Assembly (NCBI GenBank): GCA_037445065.1
Contig: JBBILD010000009.1
Span: 32,001-96,000 of the forward strand
Source: Myxococcales bacterium
GTDB lineage: Bacteria; Desulfobacterota; Binatia; HRBIN30
Direction: 5' to 3'
Length of the DNA: 64,000 nt
The first letter of the stretch is position 1, and each line of letters begins with the position of its first letter. Below, piece by piece: positions 41,166 to 49,639 of the stretch. Under the pieces are notes generated by a model. That model saw only the letters and a list, made by a program, of their open reading frames with translations. It ran no database searches and was not told the origin of the DNA. Position numbers and translations under genes: made by a program.

Positions 41166-41885
41166 ATGAGCACCGCGGTCCACACCCGCACGGAATGGGT
41201 CGAGATTCCCAAACTCGGCAGCGTGCGCCTGCGGGCGCTCGCCCCCGCACGGCCGCTGCCCTTCGCGTCTGCGGTTCTGGTGCTCGCCCACGGTGCGGGA
41301 AACGACATGGACACCCCGCTCCTCGTGGAGCTTCAGCGCCTACTGGCAACAGATGGGCTTGCGTGTGTGACGTTCAATTTTCTTTACCGCCAGCACAAAC
41401 GCACAGCGCCGGATGCGATGCCGGTGCTGGAGGAAACCTATCGCTGCGTGGTCGAACGCGTCCGTTCTGTGTTCGGCCCCAAACAACCGCTGGTGCTGGG
41501 GGGCAAGTCGCTCGGCGGGCGGGTGGCCTCTCACTTGGTGGCCGCCGGCGAGCGTACCCGTGGTCTTGTGTTTCTCGGCTACCCGCTCCATCCAGCCGGC
41601 CGGCCCCAGCAAGTACGCACCGCGCACTGGTCGCGTATTCGCGTTCCCATGCTCTTTATCCAAGGAACACGCGACCCCTTGTGCCAACTCGACCTTTTGC
41701 GCGCAGCGCTGGTGAGCTGGGAGGAAGAAAGCGGCTGCGCAGCGGCGCTGGAAATCATCGAGGGCGGGGACCACTCGTTTGTACTGCCCCGCTCGCTCGG
41801 CAAAAGCCAAGCAACCGTGTACCGCGATATCGCCGGCCGAATTGCGCGTTGGTTCGAAAGCGTCCTGCGCGTGCCGGTCGGGTGA
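41166..41885 (+). CDS. Alpha/beta hydrolase (KANSL3/Tex30-like)
   Basis: LAHGAG, GGKSLGGR nucleophile elbow, LGYPLHP, QGTRD and GGDHSF. Confidence 0.9.
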   Translation: MSTAVHTRTEWVEIPKLGSVRLRALAPARPLPFASAVLVLAHGAGNDMDTPLLVELQRLLATDGLACVTFNFLYRQHKRTAPDAMPVLEETYRCVVERVRSVFGPKQPLVLGGKSLGGRVASHLVAAGERTRGLVFLGYPLHPAGRPQQVRTAHWSRIRVPMLFIQGTRDPLCQLDLLRAALVSWEEESGCAAALEIIEGGDHSFVLPRSLGKSQATVYRDIAGRIARWFESVLRVPVG

Positions 41886-41995
41886 AGCGGGGGAACCGCA
41901 CGTGCGCGGCAGCCGCGTGCCAGGCGAGCGCTGCACGCTGGCCGGATTCCCGTTAGATGAGCCAAGGATTCCACGCGCAATCGAGGAGGAACACC

Positions 41996-42310
41996 ATGGC
42001 GGATGAGAAGAAAACCGCAGCCCTGACCGAAAAGATCCAAATCCAAATTGACCCGCAACAAGCCAGTGGCGTGTACTCGAACTTGATGATGATCAGCCAC
42101 CGGAAGGAGGAGTTCATTCTCGATTTCCTGTTCGTGCAACCGCAGCGGAGCCCACAGGGAGAAATGGTGGCGAACCTGCGGGCGCGGGTCATCACCTCGC
42201 CCGAGCACATGAAGCGCATCTTGCGCGCCATCGAGGAGAACATCGCCCGCTACGAAGCAGCGTTCGGCCCCATCCACGCTGCGACCGACATTCCGCGCGT
42301 CACGCACTGA
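41996..42310 (+). CDS. DUF3467 family protein
   Basis: GVYSNLMMISH...EFILDF...RARVITSPEHMKRIL...NIARYE..FG; GAGGAGG SD. Confidence 0.85.
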   Translation: MADEKKTAALTEKIQIQIDPQQASGVYSNLMMISHRKEEFILDFLFVQPQRSPQGEMVANLRARVITSPEHMKRILRAIEENIARYEAAFGPIHAATDIPRVTH

Positions 42311-42316
42311 GGCCGT

Positions 42317-43960
42317 TCATCGGTTTTCCGCTGGAATCAGCCGCTGCCTCTTTGCGCGGCCGCGGTTCCACCGGCGGTAAGTGGGCTTGAGCAGGCGGTA
42401 GAGGTGGCGGAACTCGGCATAGCAACGGTCGTACTCGACGCGGCGCTTGTCGTCCGGCACGAAGGTTCGGTCAACGCGCACGGCTCGCTCGAGGTCCTCG
42501 AGGGAAGCACGCCCGAGCGCGAAAAACGCAGCCAAGGCCGCACCCACGGCGTTCGCAGCCCGCGGCGAAGCCACCCGCTCGATGGGCACGCCCAGCACGT
42601 CTGCGAACATTTGGCACCACAGGTCCGACATCGCCCCGCCGCCAATGAAGCGCAGCTTCGGGAATGGCTGCCCGACGAACTTCTCCACGTGTTCGCGCAG
42701 CCAGCGCAAGTTGAAAGCGACCCCCTCGAACACGGCGCGCACCAAGTGGGCGCGGGTGGTGCGATGCGTGAAGTTGGCCAAGGTGGCGCGGGTGAACGGG
42801 TCGTCGGCGGGAACCAAAATGCCATTCACCCAAGGAGTGAACAGCACGCCTTCGCTACCCGCCGCGACACTGGCGGCTAGTTCGTTGAGGTAGCCGTATA
42901 CGTCGTTCGGAAACGCGACCGCTGGGTCGCCGGCAGGAAGCAATACGTTGTCCTTGATCACTTCGAGAAAGCGCCCGGCCATGCCCTGTTCCGCCATCAC
43001 CACGTAACGGCCGGGGAGCGCCGCCGGCATGGTGGTGAGCATGTGGCGCAAATCGGTCTTTTTGCGCGGCACGTGACAGCTCATCCACGCGGTGCTGCCA
43101 ACGTAAAAGTAGCCGGCAAAGTCTTGCACCGATCCAGCTCCCAGCGCCGCAGCTTGGCCATCACAGGAGCCCGCCACCACTGGGATGCGCGGGGAGAGTC
43201 CGAGTTGCTCGGCCACCTCAGGGAGAAGTTCGCCGACCACCGAGCCCACCGGATAGAGGGGTGGAAGCTTTTCCGGGTCGATCCCAGACCAGGCCAGCAA
43301 TTGCGGGTGGTATGCAATGCGATGCGGGTCGCGATTGTCCGTAAGCCAGTACGGGAACATGGTGCCAAAGGAGGCAGCCACTTTTCCGGTAAGCCGCGCG
43401 TTCAAGTAGTCCATGGGCTCCACGAACTTGTGCGCAGCCCGGTAGATCTCCGGTCGTTCGTGTTGGAGGAACAAAATGTGGGCGAAGCCATCCACTCCGG
43501 CGCGACTCGGGCAGCCGCCGGTCAGGCGGACCCACTGCCAAAGCTTGTAGACCTGATACCCCATGATTTGCGGGAAGCCGCTCACCGCGCGCCGAACATA
43601 TGGGGCACCGCGCGAATCCATCCAAGAAATGGCGGGCCCGAGGTGGTGGCCGGAGCGATCCACTGGCACCGTAACCGCCCACTGTGTGGTGCATGCCACG
43701 GCAATGGTACGCTCTGCGCTTTGCGGAACGGCAGCTACGGTGGCACGGGCGGCGTCACAGGTGGCCTCCCACCACTGCTCTGGGTCCTGCTCGGCACCGC
43801 CTCCAGGTAGCAAGCGGGTACGGATGGGGCGAGTCTCCACCGCCAGCGCTTCCCCGGCCAAGGAAACGAGCGCGGTTTTCACCGCACTCGTGCCGAGATC
43901 AATGGCTAGCACCAGGCTCGCTTCCCGCACCGCCGTCCTCTCCTCGGCACGTCCCGCCAA
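42317..43960 (-). CDS. FGGY-family carbohydrate kinase (xylulokinase-like)
   Basis: LAIDLGTSAVK, AEQDPEQWW, ISWMDSR, RAVFEGVAFN and IGGGA; start uncertain. Confidence 0.9.
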   Translation of the reverse strand: MAGRAEERTAVREASLVLAIDLGTSAVKTALVSLAGEALAVETRPIRTRLLPGGGAEQDPEQWWEATCDAARATVAAVPQSAERTIAVACTTQWAVTVPVDRSGHHLGPAISWMDSRGAPYVRRAVSGFPQIMGYQVYKLWQWVRLTGGCPSRAGVDGFAHILFLQHERPEIYRAAHKFVEPMDYLNARLTGKVAASFGTMFPYWLTDNRDPHRIAYHPQLLAWSGIDPEKLPPLYPVGSVVGELLPEVAEQLGLSPRIPVVAGSCDGQAAALGAGSVQDFAGYFYVGSTAWMSCHVPRKKTDLRHMLTTMPAALPGRYVVMAEQGMAGRFLEVIKDNVLLPAGDPAVAFPNDVYGYLNELAASVAAGSEGVLFTPWVNGILVPADDPFTRATLANFTHRTTRAHLVRAVFEGVAFNLRWLREHVEKFVGQPFPKLRFIGGGAMSDLWCQMFADVLGVPIERVASPRAANAVGAALAAFFALGRASLEDLERAVRVDRTFVPDDKRRVEYDRCYAEFRHLYRLLKPTYRRWNRGRAKRQRLIPAENR

Positions 43961-45160
43961 CTAGCTATCTTGGCTGTTGGCGTCGGGCCATTGCTGGCGA
44001 ATCGCCTCCAGCGCTGCGGCGTACACAACTGCAAGCGGCACCGCGGCTCGAGTTGCAGCCTGGCGGCAGTCCTCGTACTCGGGGACTGCGCGGGTACGGC
44101 CGCGCGGTGTGTGCGCCACCTTGATGCGAATCTCACCGAAGCGCGTGCTTACCAACCGCTGCTCGCGCGGCAACACGTGGCGCTGCACCGCATAGGTGCG
44201 CACACCGAGGGTCGGCGTTTCCTCCAGCATCGCCTCCACCACTTGCGCGTGGGCACTGGCGTCGGCGAGTGCGGAAAGGACAAAGCCGGGGCGGCTTTTT
44301 TTCATTTGCACCGGGGTCAGCCATACATCGCGTGCTCCGGCCGCGAAGAGCCGCTCCACGATCCATTCGAACCACTGTGGGGAGAGATCGTCGAGGTTGG
44401 TTTCGACCACCAGCGTTTCTTCGTGGCGGCCGAGACTCGCTTCCTCGGCCAAGACCAAGCGCAACACGTTCGGGCGATCCGGCAGCTCGCGTTTGCCTGC
44501 ACCGTAGCCTGTGGCCAAGGGACGCAAGGCGGGCGGCGGCTGGGGACGCGCAAAGGCGGCAACCAAGGCGGCACCCGTGGGCGTCACCAATTCTCCACTG
44601 CCTTCCTCGAAGCGCACCCGGTAACCGCGCAACAGCTCGAGGGCGGCGGGGCCCGGCACCGGCAACGGGCCGTGCTGGCTTTGCACCAGACCGCGCCCGA
44701 GTGGCAGTTCCGATACGTAACAGCGCTGCACGCCGAGATACTCGAAGCCAAAGCTGGCTGCCACGATATCCACAATCGAGTCTACCGCACCGACCTCGTG
44801 GAACGTCACGTCTTCAGGCGGCACGCCGTGCGCTTTGCTTTCGGCTTCGGCGAGCTTTTGGAAGACGTGTACAGCGCGACTGCGTACGCCAGCCGGCAGC
44901 CCGGCGCCTTCGAGGAGGGCACGGATGTCGCGCCAGCGCCGGTGCAGGTGATGCGGGTGGCCGTGTGCGGGCAGCACTTCGAAACAGCGTGCCTCCAGCC
45001 CGTGCAGCTTGCGCGTGTAGGTATGCAGCTCGTAGCTGCCGAGCGGCAGGTGTGCGAGCAAGGCCTTGAGCTCTTCCCACGGCACGCCCAGGGCGAGCAG
45101 CGCCGCCACGGTCATGTCACCGCTCACCCCCGCAATGGCGTCGAAATACACCACCCGCAT
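43961..45160 (-). CDS. larC: Nickel pincer cofactor nickel insertase LarC
   Basis: YFDAIAGVSGDM, short His-rich loop HGHPHHLH, FHEVGAVDSIVDIV, ELVTPTGAA, ETNLDD, MKKSRPG and PEYEDC. Confidence 0.94.
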   Translation of the reverse strand: MRVVYFDAIAGVSGDMTVAALLALGVPWEELKALLAHLPLGSYELHTYTRKLHGLEARCFEVLPAHGHPHHLHRRWRDIRALLEGAGLPAGVRSRAVHVFQKLAEAESKAHGVPPEDVTFHEVGAVDSIVDIVAASFGFEYLGVQRCYVSELPLGRGLVQSQHGPLPVPGPAALELLRGYRVRFEEGSGELVTPTGAALVAAFARPQPPPALRPLATGYGAGKRELPDRPNVLRLVLAEEASLGRHEETLVVETNLDDLSPQWFEWIVERLFAAGARDVWLTPVQMKKSRPGFVLSALADASAHAQVVEAMLEETPTLGVRTYAVQRHVLPREQRLVSTRFGEIRIKVAHTPRGRTRAVPEYEDCRQAATRAAVPLAVVYAAALEAIRQQWPDANSQDS

Positions 45161-45310
45161 GGATTCCACCTCGCTCCCCCTGCTTGGCATGGCGAGGAGG
45201 TTCGAACAAGGCAGAGCACCGCCGCTCGGGCAGGTCGCATCGGGCAGGTCGAGCGCGGCGAACGTGCCCCGCGGGGCACCCCCCTGGCCGGGCACGACGC
45301 AGCTCGCGCG

Positions 45311-45340
45311 GTCGGTGCGACCCTTGTGGCCGTCCGTGGT
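45311..45340. repeat. Single degenerate REP copy
   Basis: GTCGGTGCGACCCTTGTGGCCGTCCGTGGT differs at 4 of 30 positions from the reverse complement of 39912..39941; intergenic between rluB and larC. Confidence 0.75.
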
Positions 45341-45489
45341 GCGGCGTGGTGACCACCAAGCGCAAACCAGCGCCTTGCGAACGGCCTCGGCAGACGCGGA
45401 ACGTACCCACCTTGGGGAAGGCTGAACGAAGAGCCGCAACGTCTACGGTCAGAACGGCCCCGGTTTGCACGCCGGGCGCAGAGGGGGCT

Positions 45490-46308
45490 TCAAAACGTGG
45501 GCAGCCCCACCGAACGGCGCAGTGCCGCAACTTCCTGCGGACTCAGCAAGCGGCTGCCTCCGGGAGGCAGGGAGCCCAGCGCCAACGGACCAATGGCGAC
45601 GCGTTTGAGCTTTTCCACATCGTGACCCACAGCTTCGCACAAGCGGCGAATCTCGCGCTTTCTCCCCTCGCTCAAGCGCACCTCGAGCCACGACTTGGCG
45701 CCGCTCGTGCGCAAGATGCGCACCGCGTTGACCTTGGCGATCCCGTCTGGCAAGCGCACGCCGTGTTGCAGGCGCTCGAGCGTTTCGCGGCTCGGCGTGC
45801 CCTTGACCTTCACTTGGTACACCTTTTCGACACCGTAGCGCGGGTGCGAGAGGCGCAAGGCCAGTTCGCCATCGTTGGTGAACAGGAGCAAACCGGAAGA
45901 ATGGTAATCGAGTCGCCCCACAGGATAGACCCGTGCCCGCAGCTTGGGGAGGAGCTGGCGCACCGTAGGACGCCCCTGCGGGTCGGACATGGTGGTCACG
46001 GTTCCTACCGGCTTGTGCAGCATGACGTAAACGAGTTCACCCAGAGGGCGGACCGGTTTGCCGTCCACGGTGATTCGGTCGTGCCAGGGATCGGCTTTGA
46101 AGCCGAGTTCGGTGACGACGCGGCCGTTCACGCGCACGCGGCCGTCAAGAATCCACCGTTCCGCTTCGCGGCGCGAAGCCAGGCCCGCCTGGCTCAGAAT
46201 CTTCTGTAGCCTCTGCTCCTGCGCCGCTTGCCGCGGCCGCGGTGCTCGGCTGGCTCGCTCCTGTGGGGGGCTCGGCGGACGTGGCTTGGCTGCCTTCGTG
46301 TTTTTCAT
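45490..46308 (-). CDS. rluB: 23S rRNA pseudouridine synthase RluB/RsuA family
   Basis: RLQKILSQAGLASRR S4 domain, HKP, VYPVGRLD, TNDG and EGRKREIRR. Confidence 0.93.
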   Translation of the reverse strand: MKNTKAAKPRPPSPPQERASRAPRPRQAAQEQRLQKILSQAGLASRREAERWILDGRVRVNGRVVTELGFKADPWHDRITVDGKPVRPLGELVYVMLHKPVGTVTTMSDPQGRPTVRQLLPKLRARVYPVGRLDYHSSGLLLFTNDGELALRLSHPRYGVEKVYQVKVKGTPSRETLERLQHGVRLPDGIAKVNAVRILRTSGAKSWLEVRLSEGRKREIRRLCEAVGHDVEKLKRVAIGPLALGSLPPGGSRLLSPQEVAALRRSVGLPTF

Positions 46309-46963
46309 GCGGATCTCTCTCGGGTGGGTTGTCCATGAACGGTAGCTCCGGAACCTGGGGCAGTTCACTGCCCTCGGGAAGGGGCGGCAGGTCATCCAGA
46401 CTCTTGAGCCCAAACGTCTCGAGGAATTCGGGCGTGGTCGCGTAGAGCAGCGGACGGCCCACAGTGTCTCTACGACCGGCCACGCGGATCAAGCCGCGTT
46501 GCAAGAGGTTTTGTAGGGGGCCGTCGGTGTCCACCCCGCGGATGGCTTCGATTTCCGCCTTGGTGATCGGTTGCCGATAGGCGACGATGGCCAGAGTTTC
46601 GAGCGCGGCGCGACTGAGGCGCGGCGGCTTTTCTGCAAACAAGGCCCGTACCCACGGGGCGTTCTCGCGCGCCGTACGAAACTGAAACCCTCCCGCAACC
46701 TCGACTAAATGGATGCCGCGTGCGCCCGGTCGGTAATCCTGGCGCAAGAGGTCCAAGGCCTCCTGAACGGCACGCTCGCTGACCCCGTCGAGGATCTCCG
46801 CGAGCTGGCGCAAGCTAAGTGGCTCGCCGGCCGCAAACAGCACACTCTCCAAAATATACGCGAGTGTCCGCGCATCCCGCTCCTGCCCCGCTGCGGGAGA
46901 AGAGGAAGGTGCCGCGGGCTCGCTGGCAGGCGTGTGTGTGTTGCCTTGCTGAGTGTCGGTCAT
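46145..46963 (-). CDS. scpB: SMC-Scp complex subunit ScpB
   Basis: LESVLFAAGEPL, EVAGGFQFRT, LSRAALETLAIVAYRQPIT...IRGV and GRPLLYATT..FL..FGL; acidic low-complexity tail. Confidence 0.94.
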   Translation of the reverse strand: MTDTQQGNTHTPASEPAAPSSSPAAGQERDARTLAYILESVLFAAGEPLSLRQLAEILDGVSERAVQEALDLLRQDYRPGARGIHLVEVAGGFQFRTARENAPWVRALFAEKPPRLSRAALETLAIVAYRQPITKAEIEAIRGVDTDGPLQNLLQRGLIRVAGRRDTVGRPLLYATTPEFLETFGLKSLDDLPPLPEGSELPQVPELPFMDNPPERDPHEKHEGSQATSAEPPTGASQPSTAAAASGAGAEATEDSEPGGPGFAPRSGTVDS

Positions 46964-47799
46964 CGGGCGCGATCCTGCGCAAAGCCAGGGGCGTCGTTGC
47001 CGGCCCCCTCCGCGCGAGACTCCCATTCCTCCAGACGCAACCACTCCACCTCATCGTGGCGGTATTCGAGTTCGATCGGGCCGCTATGGGCCTCCTGAAA
47101 TGCCACCACGGCGCCGAGACGGATCAGCTCGAGCAGGGCGAGAAACGTGCCGATGATCACGGCACGCGAGGCCTCGGCTTCGAACAAATCGTCGAAGTGG
47201 AGCTTTGCGGCTGCGCGCAAACGAGCGAGCAACTGCTCCGCGCAAGCGCGCACCGACACGGGCTCGGCTTCGATTTGTGGCGGCGGCGGCACGCGGCGCC
47301 GCTCCAGCACCGCCTGCAGTGCCGCTACCAAATCCCACAGACTCACGGCAAGCCGCGCCCTCACTGGCTCCAACCCGTCCGGGCGGGTAGGGGGCCGCGC
47401 AAACACATCGCGCTGCAACAAGGGCCGCTCCGCTAGTGCCAGGGCCGCGTCGCGGTAGCGCTGGTATTCGAGCAGTTGTTGCACGAGTTCCCGGCGAGGG
47501 TCCGGCTCCTCGGCCTCTTCTTCATCGCTGCTCGGCAGGAGCATGCGCGATTTCAGGAGCAGCAAGGTGGCGGCCATCACCAGAAACTCGCCAGCGACAT
47601 CCAAGCGCAACTCGCGGAGCAGGTCCAAGTACTGCAGGTACTGCTCGGTAATGACCGAAACCGGGATGTCCGTGACCTCCACTTCGTTCTTTTTGATTAG
47701 ATGCAGCAAGAGATCCAGCGGGCCCTCGAAGACTTCGAGCTTGACCCGATAGAGCGGCAGCGGCAGTTGCTCGCCAATCAAAACACTGCCCTCGCTCAT
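46960..47799 (-). CDS. scpA: Segregation/condensation protein ScpA (kleisin)
   Basis: FEGPLDLLLHLI, GEFLVMAATLL.LKSRMLLP and FLALLEL. Confidence 0.95.
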   Translation of the reverse strand: MSEGSVLIGEQLPLPLYRVKLEVFEGPLDLLLHLIKKNEVEVTDIPVSVITEQYLQYLDLLRELRLDVAGEFLVMAATLLLLKSRMLLPSSDEEEAEEPDPRRELVQQLLEYQRYRDAALALAERPLLQRDVFARPPTRPDGLEPVRARLAVSLWDLVAALQAVLERRRVPPPPQIEAEPVSVRACAEQLLARLRAAAKLHFDDLFEAEASRAVIIGTFLALLELIRLGAVVAFQEAHSGPIELEYRHDEVEWLRLEEWESRAEGAGNDAPGFAQDRAR

Positions 47800-48806
47800 T
47801 CGCCCAACCCAACCGCCTCGCGCACCTCTTGCATGGTCGTTTCGGCTACCGCGCCCGCTTGTGCCTGTCCGCGCTCCAAAATTTCCTCTACCCAGCCCGC
47901 TTTAGCCTCGAGCGCCTCCCGCCGTTCCGCCATGGGCGCCAAGTCCTCGATCACGTGGCGAATCATGATTTTCTTGCATTCGAGGCAGCCGATGCTGGCG
48001 GTCCGGCAACCGCGCGTGCAGTAGTCAATCTCCTCAGGCGTGCAGTAGATCTTGTGAAGCTGGAACGCGGGGCAGTCCTCAGGTTCCCCGGGATCGGTAC
48101 GGCGCACGCGGCGCGGATCGGTCATCATGCGGGAGAGCTTCCGGTCCACCTCTTGCGGGCTATCGCGCAGCCACACCGCGTTGTTGTAACTCTTGCTCAT
48201 CTTGCGACCGTCCAACCCGGGCACACGCGGAGCTTCGGTGACCAGCGCTTGGGGCTCCGGGAAGACGGGGCGGTACAGGTGGTTGAAGCGGCGGGCAATC
48301 TCGCGCGTGAGCTCGATGTGCGGTACCTGGTCGGCGCCGACCGGCACCTTGCTGGCCTTGTAGATCAAGATGTCCGCGCTTTGCAGAACTGGGTAACCCA
48401 AGAGGCCGTAGCTCAGGGTCAGCAATTCGCTTTCTTCCTCCGAGCTGACCAAGCCCAAGTCGCGCGCTTGCTCCTTCACCGTAGGGTTGCGGATCAGCCA
48501 CGGGGTGGGAGTGATCATAGAGAGCAGTAAATGCAGCTCCGCGTGCTGTTTGATTGCCGACTGGCGAAACAGCACGACCCGCTCCGGGTCGAGCCCGGCA
48601 GCGATCCAGTCGGTGACCATCTCCAAGCTGTGCTGGCGAACCTCGTGCGCATCTTCGGGGCGGGTGGTGAGCACGTGCCAGTCAGCCACAAAGTAAAAGC
48701 ACCGGGCGCCGCTCTCCTGCAGCCGGATCCAATTGCGCAACGCGCCATGCCAGTGGCCCAGATGCAAGCGGCCCGTGGGTCGCATTCCACTTACGATGGT
48801 CTCCAT
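47796..48806 (-). CDS. trpS: Tryptophan-tRNA ligase
   Basis: SGMRPTGRLHLGH, YPVLQSADIL, VPVGADQ and KMSKS; GGAGGAG SD. Confidence 0.96.
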   Translation of the reverse strand: METIVSGMRPTGRLHLGHWHGALRNWIRLQESGARCFYFVADWHVLTTRPEDAHEVRQHSLEMVTDWIAAGLDPERVVLFRQSAIKQHAELHLLLSMITPTPWLIRNPTVKEQARDLGLVSSEEESELLTLSYGLLGYPVLQSADILIYKASKVPVGADQVPHIELTREIARRFNHLYRPVFPEPQALVTEAPRVPGLDGRKMSKSYNNAVWLRDSPQEVDRKLSRMMTDPRRVRRTDPGEPEDCPAFQLHKIYCTPEEIDYCTRGCRTASIGCLECKKIMIRHVIEDLAPMAERREALEAKAGWVEEILERGQAQAGAVAETTMQEVREAVGLGE

Positions 48807-48813
48807 CTCCTCC

Positions 48814-49452
48814 TCACCCCAACAACCAGCCAAGAATCGCCCGCACCACCGGATTCATTACCGCACTCGCCACGTTGCTGACCAGTAACACAACCACCAC
48901 CAGCAGCCCGAAGCGTTCGAGCTGCGCGTAACCCGTGGCCAGGCTGGGAGGCAACAGGCCGGCCACCACCCGGCCACCATCGAGCGGCGGGACTGGAAGC
49001 ATGTTGAACACCGCCAGCACCACGTTCATCAGTACCCCGCGCAAAGCGATTTGTGCTACCAGCCCTTGCTCGCGCATCGGAACTCCCGGCTCGGCTGCTG
49101 CTTCCAAAAGCGCCGCAAAAGCCGTTGCCAAGAGCAGGTTCGTTGCCGGGCCAGCAGCCGCCACCAACACCATGTCCCGCCGCGGCGAACGCAAGCGCGC
49201 GAAGTTCACGGGGACCGGGCGTGCGTACCCAAACAGGAACGGCGAGTTAACGGCGAGTAGAAACAAGGGCAGCGCCACGGTGCCCATGGGGTCCACGTGC
49301 GGCAGCGGATTGAGCGTGAGGCGGCCGGCTTGCTTGGCAGTGGGGTCGCCGAGCCGGTAGGCGACCCAGCCGTGCGCCACTTCGTGCAAAATCACCCCCA
49401 CCAAGACCGGCACGGCCCAGACCAGGACATTCTCCAGCAATGCGGCGCTCAC
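48814..49452 (-). CDS. Site-2 protease (peptidase M50)
   Basis: HEVAH, GDPTAK..GRLTLNP, AGPATN and FNMLPVPPLDG; start uncertain. Confidence 0.92.
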   Translation of the reverse strand: MSAALLENVLVWAVPVLVGVILHEVAHGWVAYRLGDPTAKQAGRLTLNPLPHVDPMGTVALPLFLLAVNSPFLFGYARPVPVNFARLRSPRRDMVLVAAAGPATNLLLATAFAALLEAAAEPGVPMREQGLVAQIALRGVLMNVVLAVFNMLPVPPLDGGRVVAGLLPPSLATGYAQLERFGLLVVVVLLVSNVASAVMNPVVRAILGWLLG

Positions 49453-49639
49453 TGGCGCTCGGCTAGCAGAAGCGGCGCAGGCAAGCCACAGAAACGGACC
49501 GAGCCGCACCTTGCACCCGCCGCCGATCCTGATCCGCTGGCCGCGCCAGCGCGGGGCGCCATCGGCGAGCGAGCATGCCTGAGGGAACGCGACGCCGTAC
49601 CTTGCTCAGCCCTACTGGCGCGGGCATAAGATGCCGGCG

